A stretch of 45,405 nucleotides of DNA from Callorhinchus milii. Its lineage: Eukaryota. A program made the position numbers and the translations under genes. The stretch is from contig NW_024705430.1 in NCBI RefSeq assembly GCF_018977255.1, positions 1 to 45,405 of the forward strand, read 5' to 3'. Each line of letters opens with the position of its first letter. The stretch's first letter is position 1. A model generated the notes under the pieces. The model had not been told where the DNA came from, ran no database searches, and saw nothing but the letters and a program-made list of their open reading frames with translations. This document shows, piece after piece, positions 1-13,641 of this stretch.

Positions 1-1519
1 CAGGGCCTCTTTGCATTTCCGCAGGTGCCCGTGGGCACATCCCCTAAATTGCTGCAACCCTGGCAGGGGCCAGTTGATGTTGTTCGGGTTGTGTGTCCAC
101 AATGTGTCCAGATTCGGCTTGGTAAGCGAAGTTGGTTTGTTCACTTCACTCGTCTGAAGCTGTTTATTGCGCCATGTGAATTTGTTTAATCTCCATATGG
201 CAGGGGCCAAGTATCGGGTTTGCCCGACGAGCTGAGGCGTGCATCTGCTGATGCCAGTCCTCAGGATAGTGTCTCTGTCCCACCCCAGGCGCTGCACGAT
301 TGATGCCTTGTGTGCGGCCGCTAGTATCGGCCTCGCATGCTGCGGACGTGGAAGGTCGGATGGTCTGGCCTACTGCTCTTCGTGAAGAAATGGCTTCTTA
401 TGATTTATTGCTTTTTTCCTTTGGGTCATCCACGGCGGACAAGCCCAACCCCGCTGGAGGTCCGGCATCACGGACTCGCTCAAGGACTCGGGTTGCATAA
501 TCCGCGCACGTGGCACACTCCCACGCCGTCATTGGTTGTCACGCTCGCGTGAGTCATAGCAAAGTAATTGGCTGATCCTACGCGCCATTGAGCTCACAAG
601 TGTTGTTACTTGTTGTGGGTGGAAGATGTTGATTGTGGGGGCCCTGCATGTCGTGATTGTTATTCTTGTTGTTCTGCATAATGTTTTTGTTAGTCAGTGT
701 ATAATTGTACAGGTGGGTTTGGGTATTTATTGGTTGTTTGGTTATTGTTGGAGCACACGTGCATTATGTTGTTTATATTTCGTCATTAAGGGGAAGTTGA
801 CAGCCGGGACGGCTGAGTGCTACGAATGGGGGGGGGGGGGTGATGTAGTGACTGCAAATGTCACTGTGTGGTGCCGGGCCTGTGAGGCGACGGTGGGATG
901 TATACTGTTGTGTGTACACCCTGGACACGGGGTGTAGTACCAGCCCTAGTGGGGGCTTGGGTGAGTGCTGGTTAAGCGCGGTGGCACCATGCACAGTGTG
1001 CGGTGCGGGCTCCTGTTGAGGGAGCAAGAGAGGGTGAGCCAGCTAGGGTTACGTTGGGGGCATGATACTCTGGCTGACCTGGGGACATGTGACCGGATGA
1101 TACTGGACGGGCGCCACTGGTGAAGGGGGTCAATGGGTGGTCACATGGTCCGGGAAGAACTATCGAGAGCCTTTGGGCAAGGGCGAGAGAGTTCGAGAAG
1201 GTGAGTGGGGCAAGAGGTGGAGCCAGCCCCAGCCCATCCCGATATAAGGGGGGCCCCGGTAGGGGCTCGGGGTTCTTACTGTTGGAGAGGCAGAGATCCA
1301 CGTTAAGCTTGAAGAAGTCTCCCTAACGCGGTCCGGGACCCAGCTTGTGCTCCGGACCGGGATAGCGGAACCGTGTCTAGTTCTGCCATAGCGTAGTTAG
1401 TTGGGTGGACACCACCCGAGAGTATGTTGTGTTAATAGCCTGGAGTATGTTGTGCAAATAGTTTAATAAAACGTGTTGCTCCTTAAGACAACATCTGCTA
1501 CTCAGTTGCACTCACTACA
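1..1519 (+). mobile_element. 3' end of a Gypsy LTR retrotransposon: integrase C-terminus (1-190), 3' UTR, PPT, 3' LTR 844-1519
   Basis: Translation ..SPKLLQPWQGP..WFVHFTRLK; G-run PPT ending at 840; LTR TGTAGTGA...TCACTACA with AATAAA near 1465. Confidence 0.88.
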
Positions 1520-2281
1520 TATGTAATGGAAATTACTGGGGCTGCAGTTAATCAAAGCCGTTGTGAGTCGAGATAGTTGTACTCACCGCTGTAAATACGT
1601 TCATTTAAAACAAAAATTATCCTCTGGAAAATGGAACCTGCTAAGGAGCTTCTATACACATGCAGATGTACAATATTTCTTCTTAATCGTGAGTTAACAA
1701 TACTTCCCTTTTGTTGAACCGGAAGGCATTTCATAACAATGACCCTATGGCTAGTGCATTGTTGTGTTCCGACGTATTCTACTTACGAACGGGTTCCAGG
1801 AACTAATTAGGTTCATAAGGTGAGCACTGCCATGCACTATAACAGTGCATCTGCGCAGCGCCGGCTGCGCTGTACTCTCTGAAACTCGTGAGGTACAGTC
1901 GCAGAAAAGGTCTAATAACATGGAGCACACCCAAAAAAGGTATCACAAACAGAACGGGAGAAAAAAAGAAATAACAAATACACATAACGTTAACAGAGGA
2001 TCTGCAGAACACAAGACACGAGTGCTGATTTGAACACAGTACTGCAAAGAACACAGCCATGCCCTGAGCAGTGAAACAAATGAGCAGAAATGAACATCAA
2101 ACAGAACAAATAAGTGTCTATATGAATAAATAAGTTGTCAAAAGGTATATAAAAGTGAAAAACGCCACGTTTGAAAGATGAAATCCCCACCAAATATACA
2201 AACAGTATGTAAACAGGTGTCTTTCTCCAGCCAGGCAAAGTTTTTTCTAATATTGTATATACTATATACAGTTGATCGATT

Positions 2282-2865
2282 ATACAGGTAGGAACAATGT
2301 TCCACACTGCCCACCAGGGATTATTATCTGTCTGTCTGTCTGACTGTCTGTCTGTCGTGCATAAATATATATTATAAACAGCTCTTTGATTGGTGGAGAC
2401 CTACTGCCGGGTACGGAGAGGGGAGGGGCCTAGGGAAGGGGGGAGTCAGGAGAGGGGCCTGAGGGGGGGGGGGGGTCAGAGGAGGGGCCTAAGGGAGGGG
2501 GGGTCAGGGAAGGGGCCTAAGGATATGGGGGGTGGTCAGGGGAGGGGCCTAAGGTAAGGGGGGTCAGGGGAGGGGCCTGAGGATATGGGGGGTGGTCAGG
2601 GGAGGGGCCTAAGGGGGGAGGGGCCTAAGGGAGGGGGGGTAAGGGAGGTGCCTAAGTAATGGGGAGGGGCCGATAGTTAAGGGGGCTGGCTACCTGGCTG
2701 TCTGCCTGGCTACCTCAAGTCAAGGTATTTTTATACAGGTAGGAACAACAGGTTCCACACTCCCACCAGGGATTATTTGTCTGTCTGTCGTGCACGAATG
2801 CGCTGTCCAACCAAGTTCCTACCTGCCCACTCCAAAGGAACGTGTTCTGGCATGCAATTATCTGG
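2282..2865 (+). mobile_element. Two adjacent copies of a putative Helentron-type non-autonomous element, the first with a G-rich array at 2418-2670
   Basis: Duplicated head atacaggtaggaac...cccaccagggattat..(gtct)n at 2282 and 2733; inverted repeat CAGGTAGGAAC (2736-2746) / GTTCCTACCTG (2815-2825). Confidence 0.5.
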
Positions 2866-3270
2866 CTTTCAACATTATCCGTGGGCCCGGACAGATCTAG
2901 CGTAACCAGTAAAACCGCTGCAAAGGCTGTAGCCAGTCCAGCGATCAAACCATGTGCGTGATGAAAAAAGTAGCTCTGTTTGATTTCAGCGTCAAATATA
3001 TACAAGTCAGAAAACGTACCAATAAAGTGATTTTATTTTCCTTCCGATTCTGTTCCGATAACGTACACGTACCCCTGCCCACTGATCTGTCATTGATGAC
3101 CTGGAGGAAGAGGAGGAGGGTGGGCTGAGCCCCTCCTCCTAACCACCCCTTCCCCCATCATCTCATCGTCATCATCATTGTTACATTTAAAGGTATGTAA
3201 AGTTAATAATGCTTATTTATTTAGCCCCCTATTTCAATAGACCCTGTACTTTACCAACTGCATGTGTATG

Positions 3271-6200
3271 TGTAGCGCTGTAAATGGGCTGCGTGCACTT
3301 ACCTGCAGTAGCAGACATGCCCATCAGGGGCAGTACCTTGCACTGGCAGGGGGGTCGCTACATTCCCCAGCCCAAAAGCAGGAGGGGCTGCGGGGTGTTC
3401 TGGATCCCCCGAGACCCCTCCCAATAGCAGAAGGCTGCGGGGTGTCCTAGGATCCCCTGGGATCCCTCCCTGGAACTCTCTGGAGAGAGGCGAGGCCAGA
3501 GGCTGACAGACCTGGGAGGTGTATAAAAGTGGGACCTCTCAACAGGTCCGGGGCCAGTCCAAGACAAAAGCCAGAAGACCAGCTAGCCAGACCCTGGGAC
3601 CCTAGCCCGCTTCCTTGTAAGGGCCGGGATCTGTGGGCCAGTGTTGAGACCCTGGGAACCCCCAGCCCAACGTCCTTGTAAGGGCCGGATCTAAGTGGGC
3701 CAGTGGTCGGGACCCGTACCTTGCCTAGGTTGGGTCAGAATAGCCTCTTCTAGGTCACTCGTGGCCGGAGGACCTGAAAGCTGTAGCCCGGCGTTACTAC
3801 GCGCTAGTCCGGAGCTGTACCTCCCAGGTGATTAATAGAAAAGGGCTTTTGCCTTAGTGAAGGCTGGGATTGTTGCTGTTAAGCGTTTATTGAATAAACG
3901 CTTAGCCTCTACAAGTCGTCTCCGAGAAATCACTACATTTGGTGCCAGAAGTTGCCATGGAGACGTGGGGTAAATCACGTACCCGTAGCCCGGATGGCGA
4001 CTTCGGTGATCGTGCAGCTGAGGGGCCGGCGACTCTGGCTGATGACGGCGCTGCACTGCCGGCTGAGCAGCCACCGCTCGCCGCCCGCCGCTTCCCCGTC
4101 GCCAGCACTGGTTCACCTCCCACATGGAGATGACCGGCAGATCGGAGGCTGAGGCGCTCAGCGCCCTCCCGGCCACGCTGGACAACGACGCCCTCGTTGC
4201 CTTCATTACGGTTCCGCTGGCAGATCGATCTACGCTGCAGGGCGCCCTCCAAAAATGCAGATGATTTACGGGCAGCCATCCGACACCCGCCACTGCTTCG
4301 ACGTCCGGAGGAGAGCGGCCTCGGAGTACCACAGCGCGCTGCTGGCCCTGGCAAGGGCCGCCTACCCTCGCATGGATCAGGAGGCCATGGATTCGTTGGT
4401 GCTACAGAAGCTCCTGAGCTGGGCTCGGGAGCTTCGTGTTGCCATGCCTGTGGCCGACGACGATGACTTCACGTCTCTATGTGCTGCGAGGTGCATTAAA
4501 GCGCACCTACAGCTTCAGAGGGAGGCGGCCATCGCCGCCTGTGCTGCCCCAACTGAGGCCCATGGTCACGACGTGGAGTCGGGCCATGACCCATTGGGGG
4601 GATTTGGAACAGGCGCATTTGATGCTATTCGACAGGCACCGGTTGATGTTCCTCCCTTGTCCTATCCAGACTTTACCATTACGTTCATTTTGAATATGGA
4701 CGGCAGCAACACCGGTATTGGGGGAGTGCTATCACAAATTGTCAATGAGGTAGAGCGCGTCGTTGCCTATGACAGCAGGGTGCTGTCGCCCACAGAGCAG
4801 CGTTACTGCGTTACTCGCTATAATTTTTTTCATGCAGCAATATAGACCGTACCTGTATGGCAACATTTCATGGTATGCTCCGACCACGCGGCGCTACAGT
4901 ATGCTTTATGGGTGGACCAACCATCTGGACAGCTCACGCGTTGGCTCGAGATCCTCCAAGGCTTTCCGTTCACCGTTGTTTACCGGAAGGGGATTCGCCA
5001 TGGGAATGCCGGCAGGTTGTCGTGACTGCCACCAACGGGCGATGCACTTGTTTCCTTGGTGCTGGGCATTGTAAGCAGCCTGACGTGGTACCGCGCCCAT
5101 CCCTCGCTGCCTCCTTCCACGCCGGTCGCACAGGACGTGTTGCTGGGCCTCCGGTTGGACAAATGGGGACGTTTCCAGATGGAAGACGTCTCCCTCCTTA
5201 AATTGCAACGCCGGGCTAAGGATTTGGATGGAGACGGAGGGCAAAGGGTTACGTCTCGTTTATCAGCCAGGATGGCATTCTCCCGCATTGGGATGGGGGT
5301 TCTCAGTCCCACAAGTTGGTCGTGCCAACCTCCTGCGAGAAAAGGTTGTGTGGGAAACCCACGGTCGCCTCTTACATTTGGGTGTTCAGGAAACGCTGGC
5401 GACAATCCAATTGGAATTCTTTTGGCCAGGTATGGGGATGGAAAGTGGCTGACCTTCTTCAGGGTTGCACTGAATGTGCACGGCGAAACCTCCGGCTAGG
5501 CCGTCCTGCCTGCCCCTCCAATCTATTAAGTTATTGTGGGTGAACGAGAAAGTATTCCACCCCAACCCTTTTGGTTGGGGTGGAATACTTTACCCGGTGG
5601 GCCATGGCCTGGCCACTCCCCAACCTGTTGGCAGCAGCCGTTATGGAGCCTCTTTACAGGGATACGTCCTGGATAAGGGTGCTCCCGAGCGGCTGCTGAC
5701 CGATCAAGGGAAAATTTTCTTGTACCTTGTTGCGAGATGTGTGCAACCTTCTGGGTACACACAAAATTCGGACCTCGCCATATCACCCGCAGACAGACGG
5801 TATGGTGGAGCGGTGCATAGGATGCTCACCTCTATGCTGAGCCACCAGGTATCTGAGTCACAGACTGATTAAATCTCCACGTTCCTGGCATCTTGGCCGC
5901 CTATAGAATGGCACCCCATGCGGCTACGGGGTACTCGCCATTTTACCTTATGTATGGCAGGGAAGTCCAATTGTGCATAACGTAGCCCGCACCTAGGGCT
6001 AAAATTGCTAACCACATCCGTGCTCATGTTCGTCGTCTGGTGGATGCCCGGGAGGCAACTCAATATAATTCCGAAGCGCGTCAGCTGGCTAACGAGCGGT
6101 TGCGCCACCTCCGCACGTCTCACCATGTTTGGGCAGAGGGAGACCGTGCCTGGCTCCATTGCCCGCAAGTGCCGCTAGCTACTTCACCGAAGCTGCTTAA

Positions 6201-6320
6201 TCCCTGGAGGGGTCTGGTTGTATCATCCGCATCGTCCGGCCTCTGTGCGTGAAGATCCAGCACGGCAAGCGGTGCTGGTTCGTGCACCTGTCACGCCTGA
6301 AACCTTACGTACACCCGTGC
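3271..6320 (+). mobile_element. Decayed Gypsy element: 5' LTR 3271-3937, PBS, gag fragment, RNase H and integrase fragments (protease/RT largely deleted)
   Basis: TGTAG...CACTACA followed by TGGTGCCAGAAGT (tRNA-Leu-like PBS); LSYPDF..D GSNTGIGGVLSQ..VAYDSR, RPYLYG, APERLLTDQG, HPQTDGMVER, VHLSRLKPY, all frameshifted. Confidence 0.88.
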
Positions 6321-7025
6321 ACACCACCCACACTTCTCGGGGGCCGAGAGCGCGACATGTCGACAAGCCGCGTTGCGCCGATGTGGATTCTAATCTCAGA
6401 AAAGTCATGTAGTTCCACCCATAAGTGCCTCAAGAGTGAAATCGCCCCGATCGCCCGCGTCAACCACTCCGGCTAAAACCAGCTTGCCTGCCAAATCGGG
6501 TGGCCAGGAAACGGGCCGAACCCAGACTGTTGACCCCCACAACCTTGGTCATGCCGATGGGACGGCCATGCGGCCTCGCTGAAGTTCAGACAGTTTTCTT
6601 GACCCCTGCCCATGAACTATTATCCCAACTCGCCGGCACTCACCTTGTGTCCGTCCCTCTTCCCTCTTTCCCTCACTCTCTCCGACGTGCTCTGGCGGCC
6701 GTGGACCTCTTTGTCGGCGTGTGCATTGTCGGTGCGGTTGGGGATGGGATTCGTCTTGTATATATCTTTGTATATAGTGTCGTTTTGTCTAGTTTTAATT
6801 TTCATTACTTTACCCTTTCAAAAATATTCAAGAATAGCAATTGTTTTTAAATACCAGAAAGCCTATTTAAGTCTCAAGATTCTTTGGCTGGATGGTATTG
6901 CTGTTGAAATTTGGCAAATTCCATGTGGTAATAACAAGCCCATGAATTCCAGAAGTGTATCAACCTCTTGTTACTGTTAAACTCATATAACCGGTCCCTT
7001 CCAATCATTCCCGCTCTTGGTCAAG

Positions 7026-7444
7026 TGTAGTGACATGGAATGGGTCACTATGGCGCGAAGCGCTGGTTGCTGGCAGAGAAGGGGATCTGCTGTTGTAGCA
7101 GCCCTGTCTGCCAGCAGGTTATGTGGTAAGCCGGAGAAAGGGATGTGGGGCAAAGGTGATTAAGGGGGCACGTGAGGGAATTTTAATAAGTTCTAGAAGG
7201 GGGTCTGGCGGAAGGCGGAGCGAGGCCACACTGGGTGGATAAAAGGGGATCCCGAGCAAGGTTTGGGGCTGTTGTTTGGAACCCGTCGTGCTACTGGAGT
7301 CTTCGTCACCGTCTTAACCTCCTCGGCGTTGTTAGTCAGGCAGCCTGTTAGCTGCCCTGACCATAGTCTAGTTACTCCATGTACCTGTGAAGGCTATAAT
7401 AAAGAGTGCCTCCTACTATTAGTGTCTCTGAGTGACTAACTACA
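7026..7444 (+). mobile_element. Solo LTR
   Basis: TGTAGTGA...ACTACA termini, 4-bp TSD CAAG on both sides, AATAAA near 7398; homologous to 14389-14888. Confidence 0.88.
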
Positions 7445-9334
7445 CAAGTGTCACCCGACTCAGGCATTAATGATTTGCAATACATTGACTTTATCCTGTG
7501 GGCACACTTTAGCCATAAATTAAGTAAGAAAGTGATAGAACCCATCTGACTCTATGGATGCTAATATTCATTGGGAACAGACACTCACCACCAATTATCT
7601 CTCATGTTATCTCGAGGGAAGTGTATCCTCAACAGCTTCGAATTCCCACGCCTCACCTCGATGCTCCCACATTTCCTTATTATTGAAATATAAGACTGCA
7701 ATCATTCACATATACACATTCAAATATTTTTTATATGTGCTGACAAATCTGACATTCTACGACTTGTTAGACGGTGAATCGACATAACAACATTGACATT
7801 GAATATATATGTAACATTTGGTTTACAAGCCAAATTTTTTATTGTTCTATGACAATTTTTTTACCAGAGTATATTTACCAGTACATTTTTTTCGTATTAC
7901 TGTGGTCGTGAATAGAGAAGGGCTAGTGATAAAAAGGTTACAAACAAAGCTTAACAACACAAACTTTTATAAATATAGCCAGCAGAACGCAAGCCCTTTT
8001 GACGTAGCCGTCCATCCTCTTCCATCCATACACCTCCCTCCCATTTATATCATATTTTTTTTTATACTAGAAGCAGTTTTTGTTTGAGTTTGCACGTTAC
8101 CCAAAATCGGACAACTGTATGTACATACCTGGGATATCTGCTGATGTGAATGCTCAATCATTACCTTTAGAAATATGTCCAACACACTCGTCAATAACAC
8201 TGCTGTAAAAAATATATATAGGCCAGGAGAAATATAATTAATAAAGGTTGGAGACTGCACTGAAGACTATGGAGCCTGATGAAATTTTTAATGAAACACG
8301 TGTTTCTGAGGGCTAGTTTTTTAAATAGGCGTATGAATAATCGCTATTAGCAAGTTACGATTAAGGCCAGCATGGCGCACAAGGGGGTGATGTGGCCAGC
8401 AACACGTTCGGCCGCCTTTGTCTCTAGAGTGCTGATGATTGCACATTTTACAGTGCTCATTTGAGGCTGAAGAGACCCAATCCGAGTTCTGATATTATCT
8501 GCTGATGATTTTAGACGTGCCTGGGAATCAAAGTCTGTTTGCAAAGTTCATGGTGAAATGCACTTTCCACTGTACCACCACTCACCAGAATGCTAATAAC
8601 ATACACACATACCAGCCAGCCGCATCACGGTAGCAGACACACACTCTGAATGTGAGGAATGTCAATATTTGACTGTACCATGAGTACTGCTGCTGGAGAT
8701 AAAAATGGGTGGTCTGTTACTCCATGTTCACAGTTTGAGGACGTGCCTTCAAATTATTGGGACTGTGGTGCGCAGAAGTTGCTGGATCTGGCAGACGTGA
8801 GAGGTGTTGTCGAGGAGCGGAGACATCAGATGCATGAGCAGTGATGAGGTATTGACGAAGGAATATGCATGCAGATTGTGACTTTGTGAACAGATCCTGA
8901 TGAATGTTAGTAGCAATGATCAGTTCATGTGTTTATGTTCCGCATATTTGCAATATGCTTGTAGATTTTCTGTTATTGTATTGCGTCACAATTGTAGCAA
9001 CAGTATGTTAAGGTTATACGGGTGGTTGTTGTCGTTGTTGTGTGTGTGCGCGTGCCCCTGTGTGTGTGCAAGTAGTTACTCATTAAGCCCCTTCTGACAA
9101 GCAAGCCAGGATCGGGACTCAAGGTAAGTGAAAATAAAATGGAGTATTTTTTCTTTTCATGTTATTTCACGTTTTATGTACTATACACTATTTATTACAG
9201 TATTACATGCAAATGTTAAAATTCATTTTTGTTTGAGTTTAACAATGCTTAATGATTTTGTTGAGCCGTAGCACATTTTATAATACTGACCGTATAGGCA
9301 GTGAGGCTAATTTAAATAGGGTTCATTATATTTT

Positions 9335-9695
9335 ATGTTCTATGGTTCTTTCGGTAAAGTCACGTAGACAGAAAAAAATAACAATAAAATAAAAAATCAC
9401 GTGAATAAACATATCACGACGTTTCGATCGCAACACAAGCGGTCGTCATAGGCAAAGGAGTCAGCCTCTAAAGGCAAGCTGTTTATAAGAGTTTGGGGAT
9501 GAGCATAGCCCAAGTGCATCAACAGGACCGGAAATATGGGCGGTGCACTAACGCGCAGCAACAATGCCAATGCAGCTATCAGCAGAACCAGGAGCATGGG
9601 CGGTCCACAAGTGCCAATGCAGCAATGATGCTAATGCAGCAGCAAAAAACCCTGCACCCCGCTCCACACACCACACTGCCGACGGTGGAGGTTGA
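9335..9695 (-). mobile_element. Penelope-like terminal/UTR fragment
   Basis: ggttctttcggtaaagtcacgtag terminus, degenerate hammerhead (CTATGA) at ~9412-9455, UTR similar to 36990-37242. Confidence 0.8.
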
Positions 9696-10937
9696 TTATA
9701 CTATTGTATATTCATTATACATTATACATTATATATATGGAGATTCGTTCCCGACAGTGTTATTTCTTTAATATGGTCATGGCAGTAGACAGGAGAGGCC
9801 GGCTACATGGTTAAACATTTAATGCACCAAATATTGTTGTTTTAGTCGACTGGTAGGCTGAAGAGCCATCACAACCATATTTACCAGGTACAATATTGAA
9901 TTTGAAACTACGTCAAACATCAGGACAAGATCTCTAGAAATTCTGACTAATAATCTAAGATGTCTGAATCTCTGAGTTACTTTAAATCAGTGTCATGACC
10001 TCATAGGAACACCAATGAGATTTTTTTAAATATAGTCAGACCTCGTTTAACATTCAAGAGGCATTCATGAAGTGAGAGCAAATTGAAATAACGCTAAAAG
10101 GGTTCATTATACTATTGTGTATATGGAGATGCGTTCCCGACATTTTTGTTTCTTTAATATAAGCAATATGAGGGCTTCATTGGGTATTGGTAATAGCGCA
10201 AATAATAATAATAATGCTAAGACGAGGTTGGAGCTGCTCCGCTTCCAATTAGGGTCTTAGTGATGCCCTCAGTTAAATTTCTGTGGTGAGGATTCTTTTA
10301 GGTGGAGCCTGAGACTTTATACTGGTCTCGTGAGTTCTCATCTGGCTAAACAAACTGTAAAAACGTTGGAAGAAATATATATATATTTACAGAAATAATC
10401 GTGACCACAAATAGTTTGATTTGTGGGGAGGGGGGGGGAGTCTGAGTGAAGAATGGGGAAAGGTATATTTTCTCACTCGTAAGCGCTTTATGTTTTGATT
10501 TCATTCTTTTGTTATAAAAAATACTTTTCTCCAGGACAAGAGCACTATAACGAATCAGAATTATATGGGATCGAGCTAAGCGAGGTCTGCCTGAATGTTA
10601 ACCATTACAAATGCATGTATTAACATTTTAATAATAATATATGTGGACCAATGATTAACATATGCATTACTCACTATAAAACTGAACATACTAGCCTGTG
10701 TCAGAATAGCATTTTACTGAAGCTTAATACTAACTGTTATAAATAGTATAGTTTATGATTAAATATATAATGCTTTAAAAAAATTATATGCTTCCAAGCC
10801 ACACTTTATTTCACAATGTCACCTCAATTAAAGTTATGATATCTATATAAATGGATTCCCTCATTATTACTTGTCTGAATATGCTGGTAGAATTAGGCGA
10901 GTAAACCGCTGCCTAATTCTGCTTAGTGTAGTGTCCT

Positions 10938-10946
10938 CATAAATAG
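10938..10946 (+). promoter_or_regulatory. Possible TATA-like box of the P450 gene
   Basis: cATAAATAg about 100 nt upstream of the ATG at 11046; motif match only. Confidence 0.3.
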
Positions 10947-11045
10947 GCTATGCATGTGTCTGTGTGTGCAGACAACTTTTGGTGCACCCTACTACTTGAG
11001 CTGTGCGTTCACTCTGCTGACTGCTCTACAACACAGAACGACAAG

Positions 11046-12581
11046 ATGGGGCAGCTGGCTGATGATGTCGCAACTTCGCCAGAATGGAAATCCTTGATAA
11101 TGAGTCAAGTGCTGATCAGCCTGGCCCTGATCTGTATGGTATTCCTAACTGTACGGGCTGCCCTGCAAGTAGTGGGGTCAACAATCTGCCCAGTGGGCTT
11201 CCCTCCTGGTCCTAAACCATTACCGCTGCTGGGGAACATCACTGTCTTAAGTTGCAAGAATCCCCACATTGGCATGCAAGAATTGGCCAAAAAATATGGA
11301 GAAGTCTGTACCATAATGTTGGGGAGAACGCCTGTTGTGTTGGTGAGCGGCTACCAGGCAGTCAAAGAGGTCCTGGTGAATCGAGGTCACGAGTTTGCTG
11401 ACCGACCAATAACTCCCCTTTTTACTAAACTCACTCACAACATTGGTATCGCATTAGCACCCTATGGAGACGCATGGAAGCAGCAGCGCCGATTTGCTTT
11501 GTCAACATTGCGCAATTTTGGCTTCGGAAAGGCAACAATAGTCGACAAAATATTGATAGAAGCGAGGTATCTAATAGAGACTTTCAAACACGAAACCTCA
11601 GCGTTTGACCCTCACTTGAATTTAAACAATGCTGTGGCAACATAATTTGCTCCCTCCTGAACGGGATCCGATATGATTATAACAATGAGCAGTTCCAAAA
11701 GCTTACACACCTCCTTGAGCATCTCGTGCAGTTACAAGCAGAGCCGCTGGTAATACTGTGTAATGTATTCCCATTTCTGCTAAAGTTGCCTGGGCCATGG
11801 CAGAAAGTATTCCATATTCACACAAAGTTGCAATGCTTGCTCAAGGATATAGTATCTGAGCACCGTGCCACAAAAGATCAACACAACCCCAGGGACCGAT
11901 TGACTCATATCTAGCTCAGATTGATAAGGAGAAGGACAATCCCAACAGGAGCTTTACTGACCAGACCCTCATTCTGATATTGATGGAACTTTTCATTGGT
12001 GGCATGGAGACTACCTCCAACACACTACGCTGGGGCCTCCTCTTCATGATGATGAACCCCGACATTCAAGCCCGATGTCATGAGGAGATTGACAGAGTTG
12101 TGGGATCCGAGCGATCGCCATGTATGAAGGACAGACGCAGCCTGCCCTACTTGGATGCTGTGATCCATGAGATACAGCGCTTTGGTAACATTCTTCCATT
12201 TGGAGTTTTGCACCCTACATCTAAAGATGTGCAGTTCAACGAATACTTGTTTCCAAAGGGAACCCATGTAATGGTAAACCTCATGTCTGCTTTTTACGAT
12301 GACATCCACTGGAAAACACCACATAAGTTTAACCCTGATCATTTCCTTGATAAAGATGGCCAGTGTATCCAGTCGGATGCTTTCCTGCCATTCCCTGCTG
12401 GTCCCCGTGTCTGTTTGGGGGAAAGTTTAGCCAAGATGGAGCTTTTCCTTTTTTCACATCTCTCTTGCAGCACTTTGAATTTTACTGGCCCAACTCAGTC
12501 TCTCCTCCCACTTTAGCTGCCAAATTCAGTACCACTCTATCGCCGTACCCATATAAATTAGGGTTACGCATACGCAACTAA
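11046..12581 (+). CDS. Intronless CYP2-family cytochrome P450 (~512 aa once three 1-nt frameshifts at ~11640, ~11897 and ~12450 are corrected); either a gene with assembly errors or a recent processed pseudogene
   Basis: N-terminal TM anchor, PPGPKPLPLLGN, FADRP, WKQQRRF (C-helix), LFIGGMETTSNTLRW (I-helix), EIQR, FNPDHF, FPAGPRVCLGESLAKMELF (heme Cys). Four consecutive ORF pieces join collinearly with no introns. Confidence 0.93.
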
Positions 12582-13641
12582 TCGTAGCTAAGACAAGACT
12601 ATGACCCATAGACGTCTTAATGTGTAAAACTAAACACCTTTTGTCTTAGCTTTGTACGGACTTTTTTGCAAATCATGGCAATTGTCATTAGGCCAAGGTC
12701 CATAGCTAAATATTGTAATGCCCTGTTGCAGGAAGTCAATTCAAATTTAAATGATTGCAATCAATGTAAGTGATATGCAATATAATCCTTTGCTTCAATA
12801 AATATACGTATTTAAGAACTTTAATACATCGACTATACAGTTTTAATATTAATTTCAGGATTGGTCCCAGTTTCTCGTCTCCTGGAGTAATGTCTCTGTA
12901 AACATACTTACGTAAAATCATTACACTCACTATATCCATATACCAGCATAGCCATTACCTCAAATAACTCACACTATTAATGATAAAATAAAAAACAATC
13001 AATCCAAGTCTGATTAAAGGAACCTTACTATTGTGAGCTCTGAATTAAACAAGAACATAACCATTGTCCTGTCATCATTCAACTCATAATCATTCAACTG
13101 CTCACCTGCGAAGCTGACAGTGGTTATGTTCAAGTGTGGTGGCATTAAACATAAATATTGTTGCTTCATGTTTAAATTTGAGGACCACTGGTTTGTAGAT
13201 GAGGCCCACTTGTGCAGCCACCGTAGATTTTTCATGCAGTGCAGGTTCGAGTAATTCCTTGGTACTCAATAAAAATACATCATGGCACAAAGGTGGCATA
13301 GGGTAAGGTATCAGACATTATCCTGGCTTGTATGACTCAAACATTGTGTAATGATTAGCATACTGAACTTGCAATCCAGAGAACAATGGTTCAATTTGAT
13401 ATCATGGCACAGCAGTGGAAGTAGTGCAGCCTCTGTCCACCCAGCATCATTAATGGTTATACCACAATTAAGTTGATCAGCTAGTAACATGTGGTAGGGT
13501 AAACTGTGACTAGGCCCACCTCTTTAAGCACATGGAAGAGTAGGCCAAATACCCTCTGGAGTTCCCTCAAGTGTAGAGGTGTATGCTAGCAATTGCAGGC
13601 ATACTCTTTTATTTTTCTTGAAAAACGAGGGGAAATTTACC

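Noticed and set aside
10950..11045. N-terminal extension of the P450 ORF
   Set aside because: Begins immediately after the TATA-like motif and precedes the expected membrane anchor region; more likely 5' UTR (the start could also be the ATG at 11100)
13014..13299. Possible extra minus-strand exon (CAG|GTGAG donor near 13105)
   Set aside because: No translation resembles the expected next C3 exon or any protein I recognise
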